Source: a bacterium (GTDB lineage: Bacteria; Patescibacteriota; Minisyncoccia; UBA6257; UBA9933). Taken from it: a stretch of DNA of 64,000 bases. Location: the NCBI GenBank assembly GCA_030693235.1, contig JAUYBE010000006.1, positions 139,601 to 203,600 on the forward strand. Reading direction: 5' to 3'. Shown piece after piece: positions 8,155 to 17,320 of the stretch; position 1 is the first letter of the stretch, and each line of letters opens with the position of its first letter. The translations under genes and the position numbers were made by a program. The notes beneath the pieces were generated by a model, which was not told the DNA's origin, did no database searches, and worked only from the letters and a program-made list of their open reading frames with translations.

Positions 8155-9191
8155 TTTTCGATTATTTCAAAAAAGACATCGGCATAGATTTGGGAACCGC
8201 CAATTCTTTGGTTTATGTCAAAGATCGGGGAATTGTTGTCAGCGAGCCTTCGGTGGTGGCGGTGAACAATAAAACCGGCCAGGTATTGGCGATAGGCGAA
8301 GAAGCCAAGAAAATGATCGGCAGGACGCCGGCGCATATTTCGGTAATTCGGCCGTTGGTAAACGGAGTTGTTTCCGATTTTGAAATTACCCAGGAAATTC
8401 TCCGTCATTTTTTGAAAAAAATAAATAATAATCGGATTTTTAATTATTGTCGGGTAGTTATCGGCGTTCCCACCAATCTTACCGAAGTGGAAAGAAAATC
8501 CGTGGAAGACGCGGCAATTTCCGCCGGCGCCGCCAAGGTTTATCTTATTGAAGAGCCGATTGCGGCGATTTTGGGCGCCCGTTTGCCGATTAATGAGCCG
8601 ATTTCCAGTATGATTGTGGATATCGGAGGCGGCACTGTTGATATCGCCGTTATTTCCATGGGCGGAATCGTGACGGCCAGAAGTTTGAAAATCGCCGGCG
8701 ATAAATTAAACGACGATATCATTAAATTCGTTCGCGATGAATTTAAATTGATAATCGGCGAGCCGACGGCCGAAGAACTGAAAATCACCATTGGTTCGGC
8801 GGTTCCCATCGAAGAAAAAATGGAATTGGCGGTTCGCGGTCGGGATATAGCTACCGGATTGCCCCGAGAAATTATCGTTAAGGGAAATCATGTTCGAACG
8901 GCGATAAATCGTTCTTTGGGGTCAATGATAAGCGCGATAAAAGAAATAATTGAAAAAACCCCGCCGGAATTGGTTGGTGATATTTTAAAAACAGGCATTT
9001 ATCTTTGCGGCGGCGGAAGTTTGCTGAAAGGAATCGATCAGTTGATTGAAAAAGAAATTTCAGTTAAAGCTTCGATGATTGAGGACCCTTTGACTTGCGT
9101 TGCCAGGGGAACGGGGATTGCGTCGGAAAATATTCAATATTATTCAAAATATTTTGTTGACAATTTAAAACCGATGGAGATAAATATATAA
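8151..9191 (+). CDS. mreB: rod shape-determining protein MreB
   Basis: IGIDLGTANSLVYV... actin-like ATPase motifs; 346 aa. Confidence 0.85.
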   Translation: MIFDYFKKDIGIDLGTANSLVYVKDRGIVVSEPSVVAVNNKTGQVLAIGEEAKKMIGRTPAHISVIRPLVNGVVSDFEITQEILRHFLKKINNNRIFNYCRVVIGVPTNLTEVERKSVEDAAISAGAAKVYLIEEPIAAILGARLPINEPISSMIVDIGGGTVDIAVISMGGIVTARSLKIAGDKLNDDIIKFVRDEFKLIIGEPTAEELKITIGSAVPIEEKMELAVRGRDIATGLPREIIVKGNHVRTAINRSLGSMISAIKEIIEKTPPELVGDILKTGIYLCGGGSLLKGIDQLIEKEISVKASMIEDPLTCVARGTGIASENIQYYSKYFVDNLKPMEINI

Positions 9192-9192
9192 C

Positions 9193-9387
9193 ATGGGTGG
9201 AGTACCGGTAAAACATCATACTAAATCAAAAGTTGGAAGGCGGCGGTCTCATCTTGCTTTGAAGCCGGCCCGGATTTTTGTTTGTCAGAATTGCAGTCAT
9301 CCGATTTTACCGCATCGACTTTGCGGCAATTGCGGAAATTATAAAGGGAAAATAATAAAAAAACCGAAATTGAAAATTAAGAAATAA
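9193..9387 (+). CDS. rpmF: 50S ribosomal protein L32
   Basis: VPVKHHTKSKVGRRRSHLALK... C..C...C..C bL32 pattern. Confidence 0.8.
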   Translation: MGGVPVKHHTKSKVGRRRSHLALKPARIFVCQNCSHPILPHRLCGNCGNYKGKIIKKPKLKIKK

Positions 9388-9394
9388 CATAGCC

Positions 9395-9474
9395 TGTCAT
9401 TTAGCTCGTTCCATAGTTTTACAATAAATTTCGCGGCAATTGCGGAACATATGAGGGGAAATAAAAAATAATGG
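9395..9474. repeat. intergenic segmental duplication: a copy of the nusB 5' end followed by a copy of the rpmF 3' end
   Basis: catttagctcgttccatagttttacaat occurs at 9398 and 9480. gcggcaattgcggaa...gggaaa(a)taa..aaa occurs at 9322 and 9433. Confidence 0.75.
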
Positions 9475-9887
9475 CAACCAGACATTTAGCTCGTTCCATA
9501 GTTTTACAATCGTTGTATGAATGGGATTTTTATAATCGCCAGGTTGATTTAACAAAAATAATTGAACGCAATTTAAAAGAATTCGGTCAGGGGATAGACG
9601 AACCGGAATTTGTTTGGCGGATTGTCAAAGGGGTAATTGAAAATTTTGAAAATTTAAATAAAATTATTGAGAAAGCGGCGCCGGAATGGCCGATTAACCA
9701 AATTTCCATCACCGACCGAAATATTTTACGGATTGGATTATATGAGTTATTATTTGCCGATCATAATGAAGTGCCGCCTAAGGTGGCGATTAACGAAGCG
9801 ATTGAATTGGCCAAAAACTATGGCGGTCCCAATTCAGGAAGATTTATTAATGGAGTTTTAGGAACAGTGTACAAAGAGCTTTCTTAA
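9471..9887 (+). CDS. nusB: transcription antitermination factor NusB
   Basis: 138 aa, [14 protein letters not shown]... NusB-like helical pattern. Confidence 0.7.
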   Translation: MATRHLARSIVLQSLYEWDFYNRQVDLTKIIERNLKEFGQGIDEPEFVWRIVKGVIENFENLNKIIEKAAPEWPINQISITDRNILRIGLYELLFADHNEVPPKVAINEAIELAKNYGGPNSGRFINGVLGTVYKELS

Positions 9888-10047
9888 AATTTTCAAGCCG
9901 ATAGGCGCTGAAAATTTTACTAGAAAGCCTTTACCCCTCACCTTCTCTATTGATAATTGTTTAATAATTATATAAGGTAGACGCAAGTCGGCTTCGCCTT
10001 ATAGACGTGGTAGGTGTAAATTTATTGGTGGAAAAGGTGGGGGGTGC

Positions 10048-10103
10048 TCAATGTGATAGTAAAATTTACTTCGCATTGGGCTCGTAAATTTTAATCACAT
10101 TGG
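10048..10103 (+). promoter_or_regulatory. hairpin in the rpsD leader ending 1 nt before the start codon
   Basis: Arms tcaatgtgatagtaaaatttac / gtaaattttaatcacattgg. Confidence 0.4.
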
Positions 10104-10104
10104 C

Positions 10105-10719
10105 ATGAAAAGATCTAAAGAAAAACTGGAACGTTCGTTGGGGATGAAGCTTTTTTTGAAAGCGGATCGTTGTAATTCGCCAAAATGCGCGATGGTCAGG
10201 CATCCTCAGCGTCCGGGTATGCATGGCGGAAAACGCCGGAGGGCGAAAACAGAATATGGCGATCAATTATTGGAAAAACAAAGAATAAGAGCAAGCTACG
10301 GGCTTCGGGAAAAACAACTGGCCCGCATTGTCGAAGAGTCTATGAAAAAAACGGGTTCAGTGGGCGAAGCGATTATCAGCTCTTTGGAGCGTCAGTTTTT
10401 CAATGTGATTTTTCGTCTGGGAATAGCGCCTTCACGGGTTGTTTCAAGACAATTTATCAGCCATGGTCATTTTTTGGTTAACGGTAAAAAAGTTACCATT
10501 CCTTCTTATTCGACTAAAATAGGAGACATAGTTTCCATTAAACCTTCTTCTCGCGAGCTCTTGATTTTTAAAGATTTGCCTGATAAGCTTAAAAAATACG
10601 AAACGCTGGAATGGCTTGATTTGGATAAAGAAAAACTGGAAGGCAAAGTAAAGTCCTTGCCGCGCGATATTGAAATTCCGTTTGATATAAATTTAGTGGT
10701 GGATTATTATTCTAAATGA
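10105..10719 (+). CDS. rpsD: 30S ribosomal protein S4
   Basis: SYGLREKQ...GHFLVNGKKVTIPSY... uS4 pattern. Confidence 0.9.
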   Translation: MKRSKEKLERSLGMKLFLKADRCNSPKCAMVRHPQRPGMHGGKRRRAKTEYGDQLLEKQRIRASYGLREKQLARIVEESMKKTGSVGEAIISSLERQFFNVIFRLGIAPSRVVSRQFISHGHFLVNGKKVTIPSYSTKIGDIVSIKPSSRELLIFKDLPDKLKKYETLEWLDLDKEKLEGKVKSLPRDIEIPFDINLVVDYYSK

Positions 10720-10790
10720 GTTTTTAGGTTTTAGTTTTTAGGTTTTAGATAAAAAAATCTAACACCTAACACCTAACACCTAACACCTAA
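10720..10790. repeat. family A themed palindrome abutting the rpoA start
   Basis: Same motif and orientation. Ends 4 nt before the GTG start at 10795. Confidence 0.8.
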
Positions 10791-10794
10791 AAAA

Positions 10795-11544
10795 GTGGAA
10801 TACACAAAACTTAGCGATGCCGTAAAAATTAAAAAAGTTTCTGAAACCGAACGCGAGGGCGTTTTTGAAATTGAAGGGCTTTATGCCGGTTATGGATTGA
10901 CTTTAGGCAATTCTTTGCGCCGCGTCCTTCTTTCTTCATTGCCGGGAGCCGCCATTACCCAAATAAAAATTAAAGGCGTGGAACACGAATTTTCAACAAT
11001 TCCCGGAGTATTGGAAGACGTTCTCGAGATAACCTCAAATCTTAAAAAAGTGCGCTTTCATTTTTACGCCGCCGAGCCCCAGATTTTAACTTTGAAAATC
11101 AAAGGAGAGAAAAAAGTCCTGGCCAAAGACATTAAAACAAACGCTCAAGTGGAAGTGGTTAATCCGGACGCTCATATTGCCACTCTTACAAGCAAGAATG
11201 CCGAAATTGATATGGAGATTATTGTGGAAAAGGGGCTTGGTTATGTTCCTGTGGAAGCCAGAAAAATCGAGAAATTGCCCGTTAAAACAATCGCTCTTGA
11301 CGCTATTTTTACGCCAGTGGTTAAAGTTAATTTTAACGTTGAAAATATGCGGGTTGGCGAACGCACCGACTACAACAGATTAAGACTTTTTATTGAAACC
11401 GACGGCAGTATTACGCCTTCAAGCGTTCTTCATAAATCTTGCAGTATTTTAAAAGACCACTTTGAAAAAATTTCGGCGCTCGAAATTAAAGGAATAGAAT
11501 CGAAAGCGGAACCGGCGGAGAAAAAAACGAAAAAGAAAAAGTAA
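10795..11544 (+). CDS. rpoA: DNA-directed RNA polymerase alpha subunit, N-terminal domain only (GTG start)
   Basis: alpha-NTD motifs (GYGLTLGNSLRRVLLSSLPGAAIT). Ends after 249 aa with a lysine tail. No alpha-CTD coding space remains before rplQ. Confidence 0.85.
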   Translation: MEYTKLSDAVKIKKVSETEREGVFEIEGLYAGYGLTLGNSLRRVLLSSLPGAAITQIKIKGVEHEFSTIPGVLEDVLEITSNLKKVRFHFYAAEPQILTLKIKGEKKVLAKDIKTNAQVEVVNPDAHIATLTSKNAEIDMEIIVEKGLGYVPVEARKIEKLPVKTIALDAIFTPVVKVNFNVENMRVGERTDYNRLRLFIETDGSITPSSVLHKSCSILKDHFEKISALEIKGIESKAEPAEKKTKKKK

Positions 11545-11642
11545 TTAGACGCGATGCGAAACAACAAATACATTCGAATGCCGCGAAAAATTAATTCGTA
11601 GCATTCGCATCTATTCGTAGTTTAGCATCGGGTAGCGAAGCG

Positions 11643-11993
11643 ATGAGACATTTAGTAAAAGGCCGAAAATTTCACAGAGGGAAAGGGCAACGAAACGCTC
11701 TTTTTAAAAGTTTAATCAATAATTTTATTTTAAAAGAAAAGATAGAAACAACCGAAGCCAAAGCTAAAGAAATTCGGCCTAAAATGGAAAAATTAATAAC
11801 TGCCGGAAAAAAGCGGAATTTAAGCGTTTTAAGGATATTGACAGAACAACTTCCCAAGAAAGCCGCTTTGAAAATCTATTACGAATTAAGTCCCCGCTAT
11901 CAAGAACGAAAAGGCGGTTATACCAGAATAACCAAAAGCGCTAAAACCAGAAAGAACGATGGAGCGAAGATGGCGGTGATAGAGTTTGTGTGA
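11643..11993 (+). CDS. rplQ: 50S ribosomal protein L17
   Basis: MRHLVKGRKFHRGKGQRNALFKSL... bL17 N-terminus. Confidence 0.85.
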   Translation: MRHLVKGRKFHRGKGQRNALFKSLINNFILKEKIETTEAKAKEIRPKMEKLITAGKKRNLSVLRILTEQLPKKAALKIYYELSPRYQERKGGYTRITKSAKTRKNDGAKMAVIEFV

Positions 11994-11997
11994 GGGG

Positions 11998-12040
11998 TTG
12001 ACAATTTTGTTGTTGACAATTAATATTAGATAATATAAAT
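11998..12040 (+). promoter_or_regulatory. candidate sigma70-type promoter(s) upstream of tuf
   Basis: TTGACA at 11998 with a 17-nt spacer and TAATAT. Second TTGACA at 12013 with TATAAA. Confidence 0.4.
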
Positions 12041-12063
12041 TTAAAAAGTCGCAATAATTAAAT

Positions 12064-12153
12064 TCATACGAAAATACGAAAACATACGAAATTACGAAAA
12101 CTAACTTTCGTACATTCGTACAATTTCGCACTTTCGTAAGAAAATTTCGTATG
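12064..12153. repeat. family B themed palindrome (TACGAAA)n / (TTTCGTA)n whose 3' arm includes the tuf ATG
   Basis: catacgaaaatacgaaaacatacgaaattacgaaaa ... tttcgtacattcgtacaatttcgcactttcgtaagaaaatttcgtATG. Confidence 0.8.
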
Positions 12154-13350
12154 GCAGAAAAAGCAAAATTTGAAAGAGTTAAGCCGCACATTAATGTTGG
12201 AACTATCGGTCATGTCGATCACGGCAAAACAACTTTAACCGCGGCCATCACTCATGTTCTTAAATTAAAAGGTCTTATCGCGAAAGAGGAGTCGGTTGAT
12301 CAAATCGATAACGCGCCGGAAGAGAAAGCCCGGGGCATTACTATCGCTTTGCATCACTCGGAATATGAATCCGAGAAACGGCATTACGCTCATATCGACG
12401 CTCCGGGACACGCCGATTACATTAAAAATATGATTACCGGCGCGGCTCAAATGGATGGCGCGGTTTTGGTAGTGGCGGCGACTGACGGTCCTATGCCTCA
12501 AACGCGCGAACACATTCTTTTGGCCCGTCAGGTTGGCGTGCCGTCTCTCGTTGTTTTTTTAAACAAAGTTGATATGGTTGATGACCCGGAATTGGTTAGC
12601 TTGGTGGAAGCCGAGGTAAGGGAACTTTTGAAGAAATATAATTTCCCGGGAGATGAAACTCCGATTATAAAAGGATCGGCTCTTAAGGCGCTGGAGGCGC
12701 AATCAGTCGATGACGAAGCGATTAAACCGATTTTGGAATTAATAAAAGCATTGGACGAATACATTCCCGAACCGACGCGAGAAATTGATAAGCCGTTTTT
12801 GATGCCGGTTGAAGATATTTTCTCGATTGAGGGTCGGGGAACCGTGGTAACCGGTCGGATTGAAAGGGGAATGGTTAAAATTAACGAGGAAATAGAAATT
12901 ATCGGTTTGAAACCCACTCAAAAAACGGTTGTAACGGGCATTGAAATGTTTAATAAGCTTCTTGACGAAGGCCGGGCCGGCGACAATGTCGGCATTTTAC
13001 TCCGCGGTCTTAAAAAGGAAGATGTTGAACGGGGTCAGGTTTTGGCGAAGCCGGGGAGCGTGACTCCTCACACAGAATTCGAAGCGGAAGTTTACGTACT
13101 TTCAAAAGAGGAAGGCGGCAGGCATACGCCATTCTTCAAAGGATATAAACCGCAACTTTATATTCGAACCACCGACGTTACCGGAGAAGTGATTTTACCG
13201 GAAGGCATTGAAATGGTAATGCCGGGCGATACAATTAATCTAAAAGTTAATTTAATCGCGCCGGTGGCTTTGGAAGAAAAACAGCGTTTTGCCATTCGTG
13301 AAGGAGGCAAGACTGTCGGCGCCGGAGCGGTAACGAAGATATTGAAGTAG
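12151..13350 (+). CDS. tuf: elongation factor Tu
   Basis: [20 protein letters not shown]-domain; 399 aa. Confidence 0.95.
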   Translation: MAEKAKFERVKPHINVGTIGHVDHGKTTLTAAITHVLKLKGLIAKEESVDQIDNAPEEKARGITIALHHSEYESEKRHYAHIDAPGHADYIKNMITGAAQMDGAVLVVAATDGPMPQTREHILLARQVGVPSLVVFLNKVDMVDDPELVSLVEAEVRELLKKYNFPGDETPIIKGSALKALEAQSVDDEAIKPILELIKALDEYIPEPTREIDKPFLMPVEDIFSIEGRGTVVTGRIERGMVKINEEIEIIGLKPTQKTVVTGIEMFNKLLDEGRAGDNVGILLRGLKKEDVERGQVLAKPGSVTPHTEFEAEVYVLSKEEGGRHTPFFKGYKPQLYIRTTDVTGEVILPEGIEMVMPGDTINLKVNLIAPVALEEKQRFAIREGGKTVGAGAVTKILK

Positions 13351-13359
13351 TCCCTTGTC

Positions 13360-13698
13360 ATGACAAAGAAAAAAGAAAAGGAAATTGAACATCAAACAAA
13401 GTTGCGTTTAAGAATAAAATCTTACGATCATAAATTGATTGATAGTTCTTCGCGGCAGATTATTGATATTGCGGTAAGACAGAACGCCGAAGTGATCGGA
13501 CCGGTTCTGTTACCGACGGATTTCAAGCGTTATACGGTTAATCGCTCAACTTTCGTCCATAAAGATTCAAGGGAACAGTTTGAATTGCGGGTTCATAAAC
13601 GCTTGATTGATATTTTAAATCCAAACCCAAAAATTATTGAAGCTTTGTCCAATCTCAATCTGCCGGCAGGCATTGACATTGAAATTAAAATGATATAA
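13360..13698 (+). CDS. rpsJ: 30S ribosomal protein S10
   Basis: [16 protein letters not shown]...IGPVLLPT uS10 pattern. Confidence 0.85.
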   Translation: MTKKKEKEIEHQTKLRLRIKSYDHKLIDSSSRQIIDIAVRQNAEVIGPVLLPTDFKRYTVNRSTFVHKDSREQFELRVHKRLIDILNPNPKIIEALSNLNLPAGIDIEIKMI

Positions 13699-13790
13699 AA
13701 TTTTGCTTGGTGAGTGATGAGTTTTCCTTATCTTCAACTCTCCGATCTTGGTCGGAGAAGCGAAGAAATCTAAGGAAAGCCCTTCTAATT

Positions 13791-13822
13791 TTCCCCTCCG
13801 ACCTTGCGTCGGAGGGGTTTTT
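13791..13822 (+). terminator. intrinsic terminator (CCCCTCCGAC...GTCGGAGGGG + T-run) downstream of rpsJ
   Basis: 10-bp GC-rich stem followed by TTTTTTT. Confidence 0.6.
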
Positions 13823-13929
13823 TGATTTTAGCAACTCATACGCGATCGCGCAAAAAGTTGATAATACAATCTATTGGCATATACACTTGTAAATTTTCGC
13901 GCATTCTTTCATAATTAAATTGGCCGTTG

Positions 13930-14110
13930 ATTGGAGGCGTTTCAGCGGGCGGTAAAGAAGCGCACTCACTAAATAAAAAAAATTGGAGGTCACCATTTGC
14001 CGCTCGCTGAAACGCCTGCCCCGATTGACATAAATTTTATTATTTGTTATTCTTAACTCACTAAAAAGATTTAGCTTAAAAAATGAGGGGCTAAATCCCT
14101 CATTTTTATA
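13930..14110 (+). ncRNA. candidate structured RNA / leader between rpsJ and rplC, closed by a terminator-like hairpin
   Basis: Long-range inverted repeat ggaggcgtttcagcgggcgg / ccgctcgctgaaacgcctgcc. Terminator-like hairpin atgaggg..ccctcat plus T-rich tail at 14082-14108. Confidence 0.2.
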
Positions 14111-14129
14111 TTTTTATTAAAATAAAATT

Positions 14130-14759
14130 ATGGCATTCATTTTAGGCAAAAAATTAAAAATGTCGCAGATTTGGAAAGATGATGAAGTGATTCCGGTAAC
14201 GTTGATTCAAGCGGGACCGATAACGATAACGCAAATCAGGACAAAGGAAAAAGACGGTTATGAAGCGGTTCAGGTTGGATTCGGAACGAAAAAATTAAAG
14301 AACATCAAAAAACCGCAGCAAGGCCAATTTAAAAATTTGGGCAATTTTCAGCATGTCCGCGAATTTCGGATTAAACAATTACCAATTACCAGTTACCAGT
14401 TACCAAAAGTAGGCGATGTTTTGGATGTCAGTCAATTTGAAGACGGTGGCAAAGTAAAAATCAGCGGCTTAAATAAAGGTAAGGGATTTCAAGGAGTCGT
14501 TAAGCGCCACGGTTTTCATGGCGGACCGAAAACTCACGGCCAAAAAAATCGCCATCGAGCGCCCGGTTCAATTGGCGCCACGGCGCCGCAACGGGTAATG
14601 CCCGGGAAAAAAATGGCCGGTCGAATGGGACAGGAACGAATAACGGTTAAAAATTTAAAAATTGCCGGCGTGGATAAAGAAAACAATATTTTGATGATTA
14701 AAGGCGCGGTGCCGGGAATGAGGGGAACACTGTTGGAAATTAATCAGTATGACAGTTAA
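14130..14759 (+). CDS. rplC: 50S ribosomal protein L3
   Basis: GKGFQGVVKRHGFHGGPKTHGQKNRHRAPGSIG uL3 signature. Confidence 0.9.
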   Translation: MAFILGKKLKMSQIWKDDEVIPVTLIQAGPITITQIRTKEKDGYEAVQVGFGTKKLKNIKKPQQGQFKNLGNFQHVREFRIKQLPITSYQLPKVGDVLDVSQFEDGGKVKISGLNKGKGFQGVVKRHGFHGGPKTHGQKNRHRAPGSIGATAPQRVMPGKKMAGRMGQERITVKNLKIAGVDKENNILMIKGAVPGMRGTLLEINQYDS

Positions 14760-15375
14760 TTTATATAATCAAAAAAATGAAAAAGCAGGTGCGATAGATT
14801 TGCCAGATAGGATATTCGCGGTAAAATGGAATCCCGATTTGGTTCATCAGGCTTTGATGACTCAATTGGGAAATCGTCGCCAGCCGTTAGCTCACGCTAA
14901 GGGCAGAGGCGAGGTGTCCGGCGGCGGCAAAAAGCCTTGGAAACAAAAGGGCACCGGCCGAGCGAGGCACGGTTCTATTCGTTCGCCCATTTGGAAAGGC
15001 GGAGGCGTTACGCATGGTCCAAACAAAGAAAGGGTTTTCACCAAAAAAATAAATAAAAAAATGAACAGGTTGGCTATTTTTAGCGTTCTTTCCAGAAAAT
15101 TTAAGGACGGCGAGGTAAAAATAATTGAACAATTTGACAGAGACGCCCAAAAAACCGGAAAGTGGAAAGAAATTTTAAAAAATATCAGCGATTTAAGATC
15201 GCGAACGCTTCTTGTTTCCGCTTCCATTAACGGAAGCGTTCATCGAGCGGTTAGAAATATTGAAAAAGTTGACGCCATCGGTTCATTTTCTTTAAATGTT
15301 TACGACTTATTGAAAGCGAAAAATATTATTTTGGAAAAAGAATCAATAAAGGAAATGGAAAAACACTATAAATAA
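14749..15375 (+). CDS. rplD: 50S ribosomal protein L4
   Basis: Position after L3 and a KGRGEVSGGGKKPWKQKGTGRAR uL4 motif. Confidence 0.85.
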   Translation: MTVNLYNQKNEKAGAIDLPDRIFAVKWNPDLVHQALMTQLGNRRQPLAHAKGRGEVSGGGKKPWKQKGTGRARHGSIRSPIWKGGGVTHGPNKERVFTKKINKKMNRLAIFSVLSRKFKDGEVKIIEQFDRDAQKTGKWKEILKNISDLRSRTLLVSASINGSVHRAVRNIEKVDAIGSFSLNVYDLLKAKNIILEKESIKEMEKHYK

Positions 15376-15376
15376 T

Positions 15377-15664
15377 ATGAATACCAAACCATCATCATTG
15401 ATAAAGCAAGCGTGGATTACCGAAAAAGCCGGGGATTTATCGGGTTTTAACAAGTATATTTTTATCGTCGATAAAAAAGCCAATAAGTCGGAAACCAAAA
15501 AAGCGATTGAATCAATTTATGGAGTAAAAGTGAACGATGTCAATATTATAAATACCAAAGGCAAATCAAAAAGATTGGGCCGCAGTTTGGGAAAAACGTC
15601 GACTTATAAAAAAGCGATTGTAACATTGAAAGAAGGCCATAAAATTGATATTATGCCCGCGTAA
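15377..15664 (+). CDS. rplW: 50S ribosomal protein L23
   Basis: 95 aa; ITEKA...FIVDKKANKSETKKAIE pattern; operon position. Confidence 0.85.
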   Translation: MNTKPSSLIKQAWITEKAGDLSGFNKYIFIVDKKANKSETKKAIESIYGVKVNDVNIINTKGKSKRLGRSLGKTSTYKKAIVTLKEGHKIDIMPA

Positions 15665-15670
15665 AAATTT

Positions 15671-16492
15671 ATGAAAACTTATAAACCGACAACTCCATCA
15701 AGAAGGCAGATGACCACCGTTGATTACGGCGTTTTAAGCGCGGTTGAGCCGTTCAAGAGTTTAACTAAAAAACTGCAAAAACATTCGGGCAGAAACAACC
15801 AAGGCAGAATTACCATGAGGCATCAGGGCGGCGGCAATAAAAAACTTTACAGAATTATTGATTTCAAGCAAGATAAACTGGATGTTCCGGCAAAAATTGA
15901 AACGCTGGAATATGACCCTTATCGAACGGCTTTCATCGCCCTTTTGCTTTACCGCGACGGAGAGCGGCGCTATATTTTATGTTCAAAAAACATTAAAGTC
16001 GGCGATGAAATTATTGCTTCGGAAAACGCGGCTCTTAAAGAAGGGAACAGGTTGTTGTTGAAAAATATTCCGGTCGGTTATTTGGTTTACAATGTGGAAT
16101 TGAGCAAAGGCAAGGGCGGACAGTTGGCGAGAAGCGCTGGTTCTTACGCTGAAGTTTTGGCTCAAGAAAACGGTTTTACCAATTTAAAACTTTCTTCGGG
16201 AGAAATCCGGAAAATTCATTGGAATAATTTTGCTTCATTGGGACAGGTTTCAAATCCCGACCATAATTTGGTTACGATCGGCAAAGCCGGCCGTTCACGG
16301 CATTTGGGTATTCGACCGACGGTTCGGGGTTCGGCGATGAATCCTTGCGATCATCCTTACGGAGGCGGCGAGGGAAGAACGCAGCGCGGTACTCGGAAGC
16401 CGAAAACAAAATGGGGTAAAATTACGGGAGGCAGAAAAACGCGGAAGAAAAAGAAATTAAGCGGTAAATATATTATTAAGAAAAGGAAATAA
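15671..16492 (+). CDS. rplB: 50S ribosomal protein L2
   Basis: [16 protein letters not shown]...[13 protein letters not shown] uL2 signatures. Confidence 0.95.
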   Translation: MKTYKPTTPSRRQMTTVDYGVLSAVEPFKSLTKKLQKHSGRNNQGRITMRHQGGGNKKLYRIIDFKQDKLDVPAKIETLEYDPYRTAFIALLLYRDGERRYILCSKNIKVGDEIIASENAALKEGNRLLLKNIPVGYLVYNVELSKGKGGQLARSAGSYAEVLAQENGFTNLKLSSGEIRKIHWNNFASLGQVSNPDHNLVTIGKAGRSRHLGIRPTVRGSAMNPCDHPYGGGEGRTQRGTRKPKTKWGKITGGRKTRKKKKLSGKYIIKKRK

Positions 16493-16494
16493 TT

Positions 16495-16794
16495 ATGAGC
16501 AGAAGTTCTAAAAAGGGTCCGTATGTTGATCCAAAATTATTAAAGAAAATAGCTAATCTGAAGCCGGGCGATAAGTCCGCTATTAAAACTTGGTCGCGTG
16601 ATTCGGAAATTTCACCGGAAATGGTCGGTTTTGTTTTTGCGGTTCATAATGGAAAAGATTTTATTACAGTGAGAATTGTCGAAGAAATGATTGGTCATCG
16701 GCTTGGAGAATTCTCGCCGACCAGAAAATTTACCAGGCACGGCGGTAAGATGCAGAAAGAATTGGAAAAGAAAACAACAGAAACAAAAAAATGA
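16495..16794 (+). CDS. rpsS: 30S ribosomal protein S19
   Basis: [12 protein letters not shown]...HNGKDFITV uS19 pattern with a short basic tail. Confidence 0.9.
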   Translation: MSRSSKKGPYVDPKLLKKIANLKPGDKSAIKTWSRDSEISPEMVGFVFAVHNGKDFITVRIVEEMIGHRLGEFSPTRKFTRHGGKMQKELEKKTTETKK

Positions 16795-16798
16795 TATT

Positions 16799-17314
16799 AT
16801 GAAGACTCAAACAGCCAGATTAAAATATTTACATATCGCTCCGCGGAAAGCGCGGTTGGTCGCCAGTTCCTTGAAAGGCTTATCTGTCAATGAGGCCGAG
16901 GCTCAGCTTTTAATAAGTCCGAAAAGAGCAGGCGAACCGATTATCAAGCTTCTTCGGTCAGCGGTCGCTAATGCCAAGCACAACAGCCAATTGAACGCAG
17001 ATAATCTTTTTATCAAGGAAATCAGAGTAGACCAAGGACCGATGTTGAAAAGATTTTTGCCGAGGGCTATGGGTCGGGCAACGCCGCTTCAGAAGAAGAG
17101 CAGCCACATTACTTTGGTCTTGGCTGAATCGGAAAAATTAAAAGCGCCGCGTTTTAAAATCGTAAAACCCGAAAAAATTTCAAAGAAAGAAAAAATTGAA
17201 AAAATAAAAAAAGAAACAGATATTGAAAAGCCCAAAATAACGGAAAGAGATAAAATAAAACCAATTGAAAAACCCGGTTTTATGAAAAAGATGTTTAGAA
17301 GAAAAAGCATATAA
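16799..17314 (+). CDS. rplV: 50S ribosomal protein L22 with a long Lys/Glu-rich C-terminal extension
   Basis: uL22 core (LHIAPRKARLVASSLKG...). Start is placed at the internal ATG at 16799 because the listed 16691 start overlaps rpsS. Confidence 0.8.
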   Translation: MKTQTARLKYLHIAPRKARLVASSLKGLSVNEAEAQLLISPKRAGEPIIKLLRSAVANAKHNSQLNADNLFIKEIRVDQGPMLKRFLPRAMGRATPLQKKSSHITLVLAESEKLKAPRFKIVKPEKISKKEKIEKIKKETDIEKPKITERDKIKPIEKPGFMKKMFRRKSI

Positions 17315-17320
17315 ATAATT

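Noticed and set aside
13707-13892. Listed 61-aa ORF after rpsJ
   Set aside because: It runs through a strong intrinsic terminator hairpin and has no start context or family signal. It is more likely non-coding structured RNA.
16691-17314. Long forms of rplV (16691) and rpsE (21998) starting inside the upstream gene
   Set aside because: In-frame internal ATGs at 16799 and 22130 give proteins starting at the conserved N-termini without overlapping rpsS and rplR.
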